Source: an uncultured Sphingobacterium sp. (GTDB lineage: Bacteria; Bacteroidota; Bacteroidia; Sphingobacteriales; Sphingobacteriaceae). Taken from it: a stretch of 32,656 nucleotides of DNA. The notes under the pieces were generated by a model that searched no databases, was not told the DNA's origin, and was given only the letters and a program-made list of their open reading frames with translations. Numbering within the stretch: the first letter of the stretch is position 1; every line of letters starts with the position of its first letter. Where the stretch lies: positions 1-32,656 of the forward strand of contig CAZYBY010000103.1 of NCBI GenBank assembly GCA_964645385.1, in the 5' to 3' direction. This document shows, piece by piece, positions 24,752 through 32,656 of this stretch. Position numbers and translations under genes: made by a program.

Positions 24752-26827
24752 CTATTTAAGAGATAACCAATCTGCCACTATATTACAACCTTCTTCTAAC
24801 ATGAAGTCGTAAGGTTTTTCACCTTTAGGTTTTACTTCTCCTTTTTTAAGTGGACTTAAGCGTCTTGCAATACGTCTTTCGTTTTCCCTGTCTAGATTTT
24901 TCTGATCATTTTCGTCGCGCTCTTTCTTCATCTTCTCTTCATTTAAAGAGACGGGTTTTTCGTTTTCGCGTTCTTTGAATTGTTTAATGTCTTCTAGCAT
25001 GTAAGCATACTCTTTGCTAGATTTCATTCTCTTCTCGTGCTTATCTGTTAATTTAGAAATAGTAGTACCCAAAGAAGCAATTGGTTTATAGTTAGATTTT
25101 TTAATTTCATCCCAAGGTAATGCGGATTTCTCAGCACTCTCTCCATATTTATCTGCAGGATAAATCATAGGGAAATTAATATCAGGTGTTACACCTTTAT
25201 TCTGAGTACTGCTTCCAGTTATTCTATAAAACTTCGCTACTGTTAAATTAATTTGTCCGTATGTATTTTCTTTCCCAACAATTTTATTGCTAGTATTCGA
25301 AATTACTTGATCTAAATCGATAGCATTTTGAACAGTCCCTTTACCGAAACTTTGAGTACCAATTATAATTCCTCTACCATAATCTTGAATAGCTCCTGCG
25401 AAAATTTCTGAAGCCGATGCACTGAATCTATCTATCATAACTGCCATTGGTCCTTCCCAAGAAATCTCAGAATTCTCATCTTCTCCAACATCAACTTTAT
25501 TTCTAGTATCACGCACTTGCACTACCGGACCAGATTTAATAAATAATCCAGTTAAATCGATAGCTTCAACTAGTGATCCTCCTCCATTACTTCTTAAATC
25601 TACAACTACAGCATCAACACCTTCTACTTTCATAGAATCTAAAATCAATTTCACATCTCGAGTTGTTGATTTGTAATTTTTATCTCCAGCTTGGTAAGCT
25701 TTGAAATCGATATAGAAAGCTGGAATATCAATTACCCCGACTTTATAAGTTTTACCATTTTGCTTAACCGTTTTAACTTCACGTTTAGCCGATTGATCTT
25801 GAAGAATAATTTTCTCACGAACCAATTCTATAATTTTAGGGCTTGCTACATCTTGCCCTTTTGAAACAACTTTCAAACGAACCATAGTACCTTTCGCACC
25901 ACGAATTAATTGAATCGCATTATCTAATCTCCATCCAACGATGTCTGTAAACTCACCATCTTTACCTTGAGCAACTGCAATAAATTTATCATCTACACTT
26001 ACCAATCCACTTTTATCTGCAGGTCCACCAGGAGTAATTGCATTAACCGTTACAAAATCATTATCCATACGTAACGTAGCTCCTATACCTTCTAAAGAAC
26101 GCGACATATCGATATTGAAATTTGCAGCATTACTTGGGTTGAAATAATTTGTATGTGGATCCACAGATTCTGTATACGACGACATTAAAGCTTGGAAGGC
26201 ATCGTAACTATTTACCTTATCAGCCTGAGAAATTAAATTCTGATAACGTTTCTTTAAAGTCTCTTTGCTTTTCGCTTCATCAGAACCTGCTAATTTTAAA
26301 TTCAATAAATCATAACGAAGTCTTTTTGTCCAATAGACATCTGATTCCGATTGGTCTTTAAACCAACTTGCATTTTCTCTATCAAAAATTATACTTTCAT
26401 CATTTGTAAATTCAAATTTCTCAGTTTCTAATTTCGATAAAATGAAATTCATTCTATTGATATAGCGATCCATATAAATGTTGAACATTGTATATGGTTG
26501 CACTAAATTTCCATCCAATAAAAAATCATCGTAATTATTTCTATCCGATTTGAAACGATTAACTTCATCTTCATAAAAATAAATTTTACTCGCATCAATA
26601 CTTTTCAAATAAGCATCAAAGACCACTTGAGATAAGGAATCGTTTAAAGGAACTTTTTTATAATTATAGGTTGAAACTAAACCAACCAACTGCCTGCAAA
26701 CTTCAATTTGTTTTTCGTCTGGTGCAATTTCTTTCTTCCCATCATTCGCACAGAATGAAAATGCTGTTGCCGTTGTAGCGATCAACAATAAAGTCCCAAA
26801 GCCAATTTTCATGATATTCTTAATCAT
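24752..26827 (-). CDS. Carboxy-terminal processing (tail-specific) protease, family S41, with PDZ domain
   Basis: SNGGGSL, catalytic Ser context DRFSASASEIFAGAIQDY and Lys context FGKGTVQ, plus a long basic/acidic C-terminal extension. The ORF-track start at 26854 is a TTG; ATG candidates are at 26827 (MIKNIMKIG) and 26812 (MKIGFG). Confidence 0.88.
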   Translation of the reverse strand: MIKNIMKIGFGTLLLIATTATAFSFCANDGKKEIAPDEKQIEVCRQLVGLVSTYNYKKVPLNDSLSQVVFDAYLKSIDASKIYFYEDEVNRFKSDRNNYDDFLLDGNLVQPYTMFNIYMDRYINRMNFILSKLETEKFEFTNDESIIFDRENASWFKDQSESDVYWTKRLRYDLLNLKLAGSDEAKSKETLKKRYQNLISQADKVNSYDAFQALMSSYTESVDPHTNYFNPSNAANFNIDMSRSLEGIGATLRMDNDFVTVNAITPGGPADKSGLVSVDDKFIAVAQGKDGEFTDIVGWRLDNAIQLIRGAKGTMVRLKVVSKGQDVASPKIIELVREKIILQDQSAKREVKTVKQNGKTYKVGVIDIPAFYIDFKAYQAGDKNYKSTTRDVKLILDSMKVEGVDAVVVDLRSNGGGSLVEAIDLTGLFIKSGPVVQVRDTRNKVDVGEDENSEISWEGPMAVMIDRFSASASEIFAGAIQDYGRGIIIGTQSFGKGTVQNAIDLDQVISNTSNKIVGKENTYGQINLTVAKFYRITGSSTQNKGVTPDINFPMIYPADKYGESAEKSALPWDEIKKSNYKPIASLGTTISKLTDKHEKRMKSSKEYAYMLEDIKQFKERENEKPVSLNEEKMKKERDENDQKNLDRENERRIARRLSPLKKGEVKPKGEKPYDFMLEEGCNIVADWLSLK

Positions 26828-26923
26828 ATTATTATTTATGTATTCAATTAACAAGTATAATAAAGATTTGGTGTAAATAGATTGTAATAATTTTAATATA
26901 TAGAATAATAAGTATTTTTGTGG

Positions 26924-28297
26924 ATGCAGAATTTCCCAGAGGATTTTACATCACAATTGCAAGAAGATTTAGGTGATGAATCTAAAGCACTTTTAAGCGC
27001 CCTAGAAACTGAAAGCCCGACTTCGATACGATATAACCCGAAAAAGCAAATTTCTCCTTTATTTGAGGCTAAATCCCATGTTCCTTGGGCTGAAAATGGA
27101 ATTATATTAAAAGAAAGGCCATCATTTACCTTCGACCCATATTTCCATGCTGGGCATTATTATGTGCAAGAAGCCTCTTCCATGTTTTTGGAAGAAGTGC
27201 TGAAGCAATGTGTTGATTTAAACGATTCACTTCGTGTATTGGATTTATGCGCTGCACCTGGTGGCAAAAGCACACATTTGAGTTCTTTAATTTCATCAGA
27301 TAGTATTCTTATTAGCAATGAAGTCATTTCTGCAAGAGCCTCTATTCTAGTAGAAAATCTAACGCGTTGGGGAAATGGAAATGTGGTGGTTACGAATAAT
27401 GATCCGGAACATTTCTCAGCTTTAGAAGCATGCATGGATGTAGTGGTTATTGACGCACCATGTTCTGGTGAAGGTATGTTCAGAAAAGATAGAGATGCGA
27501 TTCAAGAATGGAGTTTAAATAATGTGAATATCTGTAGTGCTCGACAAAAAAGAATTCTTCATACAGCAGCAGAATTATTAAGAACAGATGGTATCATCGT
27601 ATACAGTACTTGTACTTTCAATACTAAAGAAGATGTGGATCCAATTTTAAGTCTATTGGAAGAAGGTGGATGGGAATCAATCAAAATAGACATCAGCAAA
27701 TTCCCTGGTATAAAAGAACGCATAGTGGAAAGTAATCAAACTTTATATGGTTATCATTTTTACCCACACCTAATTGAAGGCGAAGGATTTTACATTTCGG
27801 TTTTACGTAAAACGAATGAAGAAGAAAGATCATGGCCAAAAGTGATGAAGAATGTAAATTATGCTGACAAAAAAACAAAGGCAGTACTTTCAAAATATAT
27901 AGACGGTAATGAGTTTGATTTTTTACAGCACAACCAACAATCATTGGCATTCCCTATTGATCTTCAAAAAGAAATGTTAGGATTATTGAATACCTCGCTT
28001 AGAATTAAAAAATTCGGAATTGACATGGGTCAAGTGATTCGTGAAGAATTAATTCCAGAGCATGCATTAGCAATGGCAAATATTCCTCATCATCAATTTG
28101 ATGAAATACATTTGAGCAAAGAAGAGGCTATTCAATATTTGCAGAAAAAAGATTTCAATTTAAATACAACTGCTAAAGGTTGGCATTTAATGAAATTCGA
28201 AGATGCCTACTTAGGTTTCGCCAAATTAATGGGAAACAGAATGAACAATGCTTATCCAAAAGAATGGAGAATTCGTACTGAGCAGAAATTACAATAA
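26924..28297 (+). CDS. RsmB/RsmF (NOL1/NOP2/Sun) family rRNA cytosine-C5 methyltransferase
   Basis: SAM site DLCAAPGGKSTHL and catalytic cysteine motifs DAPCSGEGMFRKD and YSTCTF. The ORF-track start at 26918 is a TTG, so I prefer the ATG at 26924 (MQNFPEDF). Confidence 0.85.
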   Translation: MQNFPEDFTSQLQEDLGDESKALLSALETESPTSIRYNPKKQISPLFEAKSHVPWAENGIILKERPSFTFDPYFHAGHYYVQEASSMFLEEVLKQCVDLNDSLRVLDLCAAPGGKSTHLSSLISSDSILISNEVISARASILVENLTRWGNGNVVVTNNDPEHFSALEACMDVVVIDAPCSGEGMFRKDRDAIQEWSLNNVNICSARQKRILHTAAELLRTDGIIVYSTCTFNTKEDVDPILSLLEEGGWESIKIDISKFPGIKERIVESNQTLYGYHFYPHLIEGEGFYISVLRKTNEEERSWPKVMKNVNYADKKTKAVLSKYIDGNEFDFLQHNQQSLAFPIDLQKEMLGLLNTSLRIKKFGIDMGQVIREELIPEHALAMANIPHHQFDEIHLSKEEAIQYLQKKDFNLNTTAKGWHLMKFEDAYLGFAKLMGNRMNNAYPKEWRIRTEQKLQ

Positions 28298-29248
28298 ACC
28301 TTCGATAATATTCTCTACAGAAATATTCTCTGCCTCAGCCTTATAGTTTCTTACAATTCTATGGCGAAGTATAGGCAAAGCAACGGCTTTCACATCTTCA
28401 ATATCTGGAGAATATTTACCATGAATAGCAGCATGACATTTTGCACCAAGAATTAAGTATTGTGAAGCTCTCGGTCCGGCGCCCCAACTTAAATAATCGT
28501 TTACAGCTTTCGTTGCTTCTGCTCTGCCTGGGCGTGTTTTCGCGCTTAAACGAACGGCATATTCCAATACTGTATCTGTAACTGGTAAATCGCGAATTAT
28601 TTTTTGGAAATAAATAATTTGTTCTTGATTTAAGATTTTCTTCAACTCAACTTTTCTGTTTGCAGTAGTGTTTTTCACAATTTGGATCTCGTCAGCTATT
28701 GAAGGATAATCTAACATCACATTGAACATAAAACGGTCCAACTGAGCCTCTGGCAATGGATACGTTCCTTCTTGTTCTATTGGGTTTTGAGTAGCTAAAA
28801 CAAAAAATGGTTTCGGCAATTCATGGTGTACACCTGCAGCTGTAACTGCTTTTTCTTGCATAGCTTCTAATAAAGCCGCTTGGGTTTTCGGAGGAGTACG
28901 ATTGATCTCATCGGCTAAAATAATATTAGAGAATATCGGACCTTTTATGAATTTAAAATGACGGTGTTCATCTAGAATTTCTGCACCAGTAATATCCGAA
29001 GGCATTAAATCGGGTGTGAATTGAATTCTATTGCTAGTTAAATCTAATACGTTGCCAACAGTTTGAACTAATAAAGTTTTAGCCAAACCTGGTACACCAA
29101 CCAATAAACAATGCCCGTTACTTAAAATCGAGATAAGTACAGATTCTACAATATCATTTTGCCCAACAATAACATTGGCAATTTCATTTTTAATTTCTTT
29201 ATATACCGATGCCAGTGCATCTATTGCTTCTACTTCCGACTTGTACAT
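28289..29248 (-). CDS. MoxR-family AAA+ ATPase (AAA_3)
   Basis: Walker A LLVGVPGLAKT, Walker B ILADEINRTPPKTQAALLEAMQE and PLPEAQLDRF; 319 aa. Its 3' end overlaps the convergent methyltransferase gene by 9 nt. Confidence 0.92.
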   Translation of the reverse strand: MYKSEVEAIDALASVYKEIKNEIANVIVGQNDIVESVLISILSNGHCLLVGVPGLAKTLLVQTVGNVLDLTSNRIQFTPDLMPSDITGAEILDEHRHFKFIKGPIFSNIILADEINRTPPKTQAALLEAMQEKAVTAAGVHHELPKPFFVLATQNPIEQEGTYPLPEAQLDRFMFNVMLDYPSIADEIQIVKNTTANRKVELKKILNQEQIIYFQKIIRDLPVTDTVLEYAVRLSAKTRPGRAEATKAVNDYLSWGAGPRASQYLILGAKCHAAIHGKYSPDIEDVKAVALPILRHRIVRNYKAEAENISVENIIEGLL

Positions 29249-29254
29249 AATATA

Positions 29255-30610
29255 TTATTTTGCACGTTTAGCACTTTCATTAATCCAAGGTTGTAATTTT
29301 TCGCACGAAGAAAATTCTTCGTTGATACGAATATAAGTTTGTGTTCTTTTTTTACTGAACCACTTTTCAACTTCTTTGTTTTGTTTACTAGTTAATGCAG
29401 CTTGTTGAATTTTAATATAATCGTCTGTTAAATTTGCTTTATGAGGTTCTGTTTTGGCTATAAATTTCACCAAACGATAAGCTTGCTCTCCTGTTGGAGT
29501 TTTAAATGCTGAAGGCATAGAAACATCGCCAACTTTCATGTTGTCTATTTGAAAAAAGATTGAAGGATCTAATTGATCGGTTGGGATTTTTGTACTTCCA
29601 TCTTGTGGATTTAACATCATTCCACCACTATGTTTTGTAGATTCATCATCTGAGAATTTCATCGCAGCATACGCAAATGTCATTTGATTGGTAGATATCA
29701 AATTATAAACGCTATCTAATTCGTGCTTAGCAGCCAACATATCAGCATAATCATAATTAACTTTTATTAAAATATGTCGAACATTTACTTGTTCGCCCCT
29801 GCGTTCAATTAATTGAACAATATGAAAGCCGAATTCAGTTTCAACAATTGCAGACAATTCTCCAGGTCTTAATTTAAATGCTACTGCTTCAAAAGCCTTA
29901 ACTAATTCACCTCTTCCTACGAATCCAAGTTCACCTCCACTCTTTGCAGATCCATCCTGAGAGTATAAAATTGCAAGTGTTGCAAAATCTTCTCCATTGG
30001 CAACTCTTGCTCGTAATGCTTCTAATTTATCTTTAGCTTCTTGCTTAGCTTTTGCACTAATTTTTGGTTTTTTAGTTATTACTCCAACTTGAACTTCTTT
30101 ATTAAAGAAAGGTAAACTGTCTCTCGGAATTTCTTCATAGAACTTTTTAATTTCATTTGGAGTAACAGTTATCTTGCGTGTAATTTCTTGCTGCATGTTT
30201 TGAGCCATAATTACAGCACGCACATCTTCTCTTAATTCATCTTTAAATTCTAAAATAGATTTACCAATAAATTGTTCAAGTTTATCTTGAGAACCAATTT
30301 GAGAAATAAAATATTTTACTCTTCTATTTAATTCATCTTCTACTTGTTGCTCTGAAATCTCCAAACTATCAACTTTAGCTTGGTTCTGAAGCATCTTCTG
30401 TGATAGTAATGATTCTAAAATCTGACATTTTAAATCACCATTATCTTTTGCACCTTGGGCAATGTATTGAGCATACTGACCATCTACATCCGAATTTAGT
30501 ATGATATTTTCACCAAGAATAGCAACAATTTTGTCTGCATTTTTGGGTTGAGCTGAAGCAATGCTAACAACTGTAAAGGTCAATACTATTAAAAATAATT
30601 TTTTCGACAT
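29255..30610 (-). CDS. SurA-like periplasmic chaperone / parvulin-type peptidyl-prolyl isomerase
   Basis: Signal peptide, SurA_N-like helical region and a parvulin segment (GGELGFVGRGELVKAFEAVAFKLRPGELSAIVETEFGFHIVQLIERR); 451 aa. Confidence 0.85.
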   Translation of the reverse strand: MSKKLFLIVLTFTVVSIASAQPKNADKIVAILGENIILNSDVDGQYAQYIAQGAKDNGDLKCQILESLLSQKMLQNQAKVDSLEISEQQVEDELNRRVKYFISQIGSQDKLEQFIGKSILEFKDELREDVRAVIMAQNMQQEITRKITVTPNEIKKFYEEIPRDSLPFFNKEVQVGVITKKPKISAKAKQEAKDKLEALRARVANGEDFATLAILYSQDGSAKSGGELGFVGRGELVKAFEAVAFKLRPGELSAIVETEFGFHIVQLIERRGEQVNVRHILIKVNYDYADMLAAKHELDSVYNLISTNQMTFAYAAMKFSDDESTKHSGGMMLNPQDGSTKIPTDQLDPSIFFQIDNMKVGDVSMPSAFKTPTGEQAYRLVKFIAKTEPHKANLTDDYIKIQQAALTSKQNKEVEKWFSKKRTQTYIRINEEFSSCEKLQPWINESAKRAK

Positions 30611-30611
30611 T

Positions 30612-31472
30612 CTAATTTTCTTTATACCATTCTATATCTTCTCCATCACGTGCATTTTGGTACACTTGATTTTCCATTTTACCAATCAATTCGATTTTAC
30701 GCTTGTTGATGATAATGTTTTTTATATTTTCTGTTTCAAACTCCAAAGGCGATATGTCTTCTTTGTACATAAAGTCTTTCACCTTTACAAGATAAACGAA
30801 ATCTTTGTCACTAAAGTTTATGTAATTATTTTTTTGCAAGATACTCGACTCAGAGAATCTATCCAAAGGAATGATCATCGACAATTCATCTAAATATAAC
30901 CAAGATGTGTCTGATAAACTATAGTTTGAAGAGAATTGCATACAATACGTTTCTAACTCATTTCTATCTTTCGGTTTCGAGGAGTTAAACCAACGAACTG
31001 CATTTTCAATTCTATGCGCATTCTTTGGAATTTTAGCATATGTGGCTTTAATAATACTTTTCTTCAGCTCGAAATTATCTTTGTTCTCTTCGTAATACTT
31101 TTTTATCTGGGCATTACTTACAGTTGTATCTAAATTCTGAGCGATAAGCTGTTGCTCGTATGAATATATAATCAACGATTGCCTATAAGTTTCAAGTTGC
31201 TTCTCTAAGGCATCTTGATCTAGATCCACATTATCAGTTGCTTGTTTTAAAATAACTGTTTGACGGATCCAATTTTCAATATATGATTGTACTAACAGCA
31301 CACTATCTGCTGAGCTTGTACCTTTAGGCACTATCCCCTCCAAATCTGATGGGTATAAGTACTCACTAAATACACGTGCAACAGGCTTCTCTTTACTACT
31401 GAAAGTTTTTTGTAGAAACTGACAAGAAGTAAACAAAACTGAAACCAGAACTTTGTAAATCGCTTTATTCAT
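30612..31472 (-). CDS. Lipoprotein of unknown function, SurA-N/chaperone-like, no recognisable parvulin catalytic motif
   Basis: Lipobox-like VLFTSC. The helical region resembles the neighbouring chaperones (IENWIRQTVILKQA...IKKYYEENKDNFE). The stop is 1 nt from the surA-like ATG. Confidence 0.6.
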   Translation of the reverse strand: MNKAIYKVLVSVLFTSCQFLQKTFSSKEKPVARVFSEYLYPSDLEGIVPKGTSSADSVLLVQSYIENWIRQTVILKQATDNVDLDQDALEKQLETYRQSLIIYSYEQQLIAQNLDTTVSNAQIKKYYEENKDNFELKKSIIKATYAKIPKNAHRIENAVRWFNSSKPKDRNELETYCMQFSSNYSLSDTSWLYLDELSMIIPLDRFSESSILQKNNYINFSDKDFVYLVKVKDFMYKEDISPLEFETENIKNIIINKRKIELIGKMENQVYQNARDGEDIEWYKEN

Positions 31473-31474
31473 CG

Positions 31475-31499
31475 AAAAAGAAGGGCTCCGAAGAGCCCT
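31475..31499 (-). terminator. Hairpin with UUCG loop and U-tract between two PPIase-operon genes (terminator or attenuator)
   Basis: Minus-strand RNA reads AGGGCUC-UUCG-GAGCCCU followed by UCUUUUUCG. It lies between the stop at 31505 and the ATG at 31472. Confidence 0.65.
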
Positions 31500-31504
31500 G
31501 AATT

Positions 31505-32656
31505 TTATTTTGCAATTAATGTTTTAAACACATTTTCATTTACACTAACAGAGTATTTCTTACGAAGTGCATCTAACCAAACTTTTTCCAAATAGTTTTG
31601 ATATTCTGCTGTTGCAGCACCTCTAACTTCTGATAGTAATTTTGGTTGACTAGGGATCTTCTCTTTTACAACTACAAATACAATTGTATTGTTAATAGCC
31701 ATATTTCTTGTAGTTCCTTTTTTCCATTCGATATCATCTATCACATGGCTATCACCTTTTTCGAATTTGTCTGTTTTGATAGTAAGGTTTAAAGGATTTT
31801 CTTTATTCACTCTTCTCAATAAAGAGTCTTGAGAGATTTTTTTGTTTTTCAATAAACTTCTTACTGTTTTTGCAGTTTCTTCGTTTGAACATGTATAGAT
31901 ACTTGCATTCAAACGGTCTGGCCACATGTATTTATTTTGGTTAGCTTTAAAGTAATTTTCTAAACCCGCTGAATCTTTCACAGCTGCCGACCATACTTTT
32001 TGGTCAGTAAGTTCGAACAATAAAATACCATCACGATATTCTTCCATTAGCGATTTGAACTCTGGATATTTAGCATCTAATTTACTTTCTTCATAATCCA
32101 TCAACATTTTATTTGTATAATTTTCATACAAATCGTTTTTAGCTTTCGTAGCCGATTCTTTAGAAACAGCAGTAATGTTTGATTCTATGTGCGCAGCAAA
32201 ATCAGCAATCGTGTATTTTTTGTCTTGAATACTAAACAAAACATCCAAAGGATTTTTAGCCATTGATTTTTTGAAAGTGCTTTTTAAAATTGCTGAATCA
32301 ATTGTAGCATAAAAAGTAGTTAAGGCTTTTTTGTTTTCTGTAAACTGATAGTTCTTTTTCAATTTAGCAATGAAAGAAACTTTGTTCAAATCTGATCTTG
32401 AGTCTCTATTGATTCTAGCTTTGATATCATCTTTTGCTTTGTCAAAACTAGGAGGAGATTTCTTTTCGATAAGTTTAACAATATGCCATCCATAAGGAGT
32501 AGTAAACGGTTTAGAGTAATCGCCTACATTTTTCAACGCAAACGCTTGTACTTCGAAATCCATTACCATTTTACCTGTTCCAAACATTGGTAATGCACCA
32601 CCAGAACGAGCTGATGATTTATCTTCTGAGTATTGTTTAGCTAAATCTTCAAATTT
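31505..32656 (-). CDS. PpiC/parvulin-type peptidyl-prolyl isomerase, C-terminal 383 codons (5' end outside the window)
   Basis: The track starts at an internal Met (32587), but the frame stays open to the window edge (KFEDLAKQYSEDKSSARSGGALPMFGTGKMV...). Parvulin signature FTTPYGWHIVKLIEK. Confidence 0.85.
   Translation of the reverse strand, partial: KFEDLAKQYSEDKSSARSGGALPMFGTGKMVMDFEVQAFALKNVGDYSKPFTTPYGWHIVKLIEKKSPPSFDKAKDDIKARINRDSRSDLNKVSFIAKLKKNYQFTENKKALTTFYATIDSAILKSTFKKSMAKNPLDVLFSIQDKKYTIADFAAHIESNITAVSKESATKAKNDLYENYTNKMLMDYEESKLDAKYPEFKSLMEEYRDGILLFELTDQKVWSAAVKDSAGLENYFKANQNKYMWPDRLNASIYTCSNEETAKTVRSLLKNKKISQDSLLRRVNKENPLNLTIKTDKFEKGDSHVIDDIEWKKGTTRNMAINNTIVFVVVKEKIPSQPKLLSEVRGAATAEYQNYLEKVWLDALRKKYSVSVNENVFKTLIAK

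Noticed and set aside
26913-26920. Exact TAnnTTTG match (TATTTTTG) upstream of the RsmF-like gene
   Set aside because: It ends only 3 nt before the preferred ATG (26924), which is incompatible with normal -7 box to start spacing unless the mRNA is leaderless. It is too uncertain to list as a promoter.
4138-30893. Eighteen short track ORFs nested inside longer genes: 4138-4344, 5183-5428, 5604-5786, 7502-7822, 8476-8724, 9488-9673, 9640-9828, 11932-12183, 13488-13754, 14958-15152, 15839-16063, 19903-20157, 20560-20835, 22869-23084, 26149-26361, 27160-27435, 27693-27950, 30561-30893
   Set aside because: Each lies antisense to, or out of frame within, a well-supported CDS with strong family motifs. 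Their translations are low-complexity shadow products typical of AT-rich genomes.
1-32656. Search for a mobile element, prophage, defence island or toxin-antitoxin pair
   Set aside because: I recognised no integrase, transposase, recombinase, phage structural, restriction, Cas or toxin-like ORFs. The RHH gene has no adjacent small toxin candidate; its only partner is the SPFH gene.

Overview
AT-rich, densely packed chromosomal segment that looks like Bacteroidota. The lineage evidence is a type IX secretion C-terminal sorting domain, a CarboxypepD_reg-type TonB-dependent receptor, a fused BCKDH E1 alpha/beta gene and TAnnTTTG-type -7 boxes. I support about 30 CDS, nearly all core housekeeping. 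In order: a giant TonB-dependent receptor plus a partial downstream secreted protein; a 2-hydroxyacid dehydrogenase; rsmA; pdxA; yceD-rpmF-plsX-fabH-accB-accC; tatC-rpiB-M28 peptidase-LutB-like Fe-S protein; an SPFH protein; an aminotransferase; BCKDH E1; an MBL-fold hydrolase; a T9SS-exported cytochrome c/copper-monooxygenase-like protein; two small genes (HEAT-like and HhH); an S41 tail-specific protease; an RsmF-like methyltransferase; and a MoxR-SurA-PPIase operon. I see no rRNA, tRNA, CRISPR array, transposase, integrase or recognisable defence genes, so this is mostly an ordinary core region and I do not claim a clear novel multi-gene system. Four things are worth a second look. (1) A family of 7-nt-periodic tracts fills almost every intergenic spacer between about 17.6 and 24.8 kb, including a 13-unit GGTANYT array. 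(2) A 53-codon ribbon-helix-helix gene missing from the ORF track sits 5 nt downstream of the SPFH gene. (3) A perfect 24-nt palindrome carries the last three codons and the stop codons of two convergent genes. (4) One protein fuses a CxxCH/MPP cytochrome c module, a PHM/DBH-like copper ligand pattern and a T9SS tail. All functional calls rest on motifs read by eye from the translations; no database search was possible.
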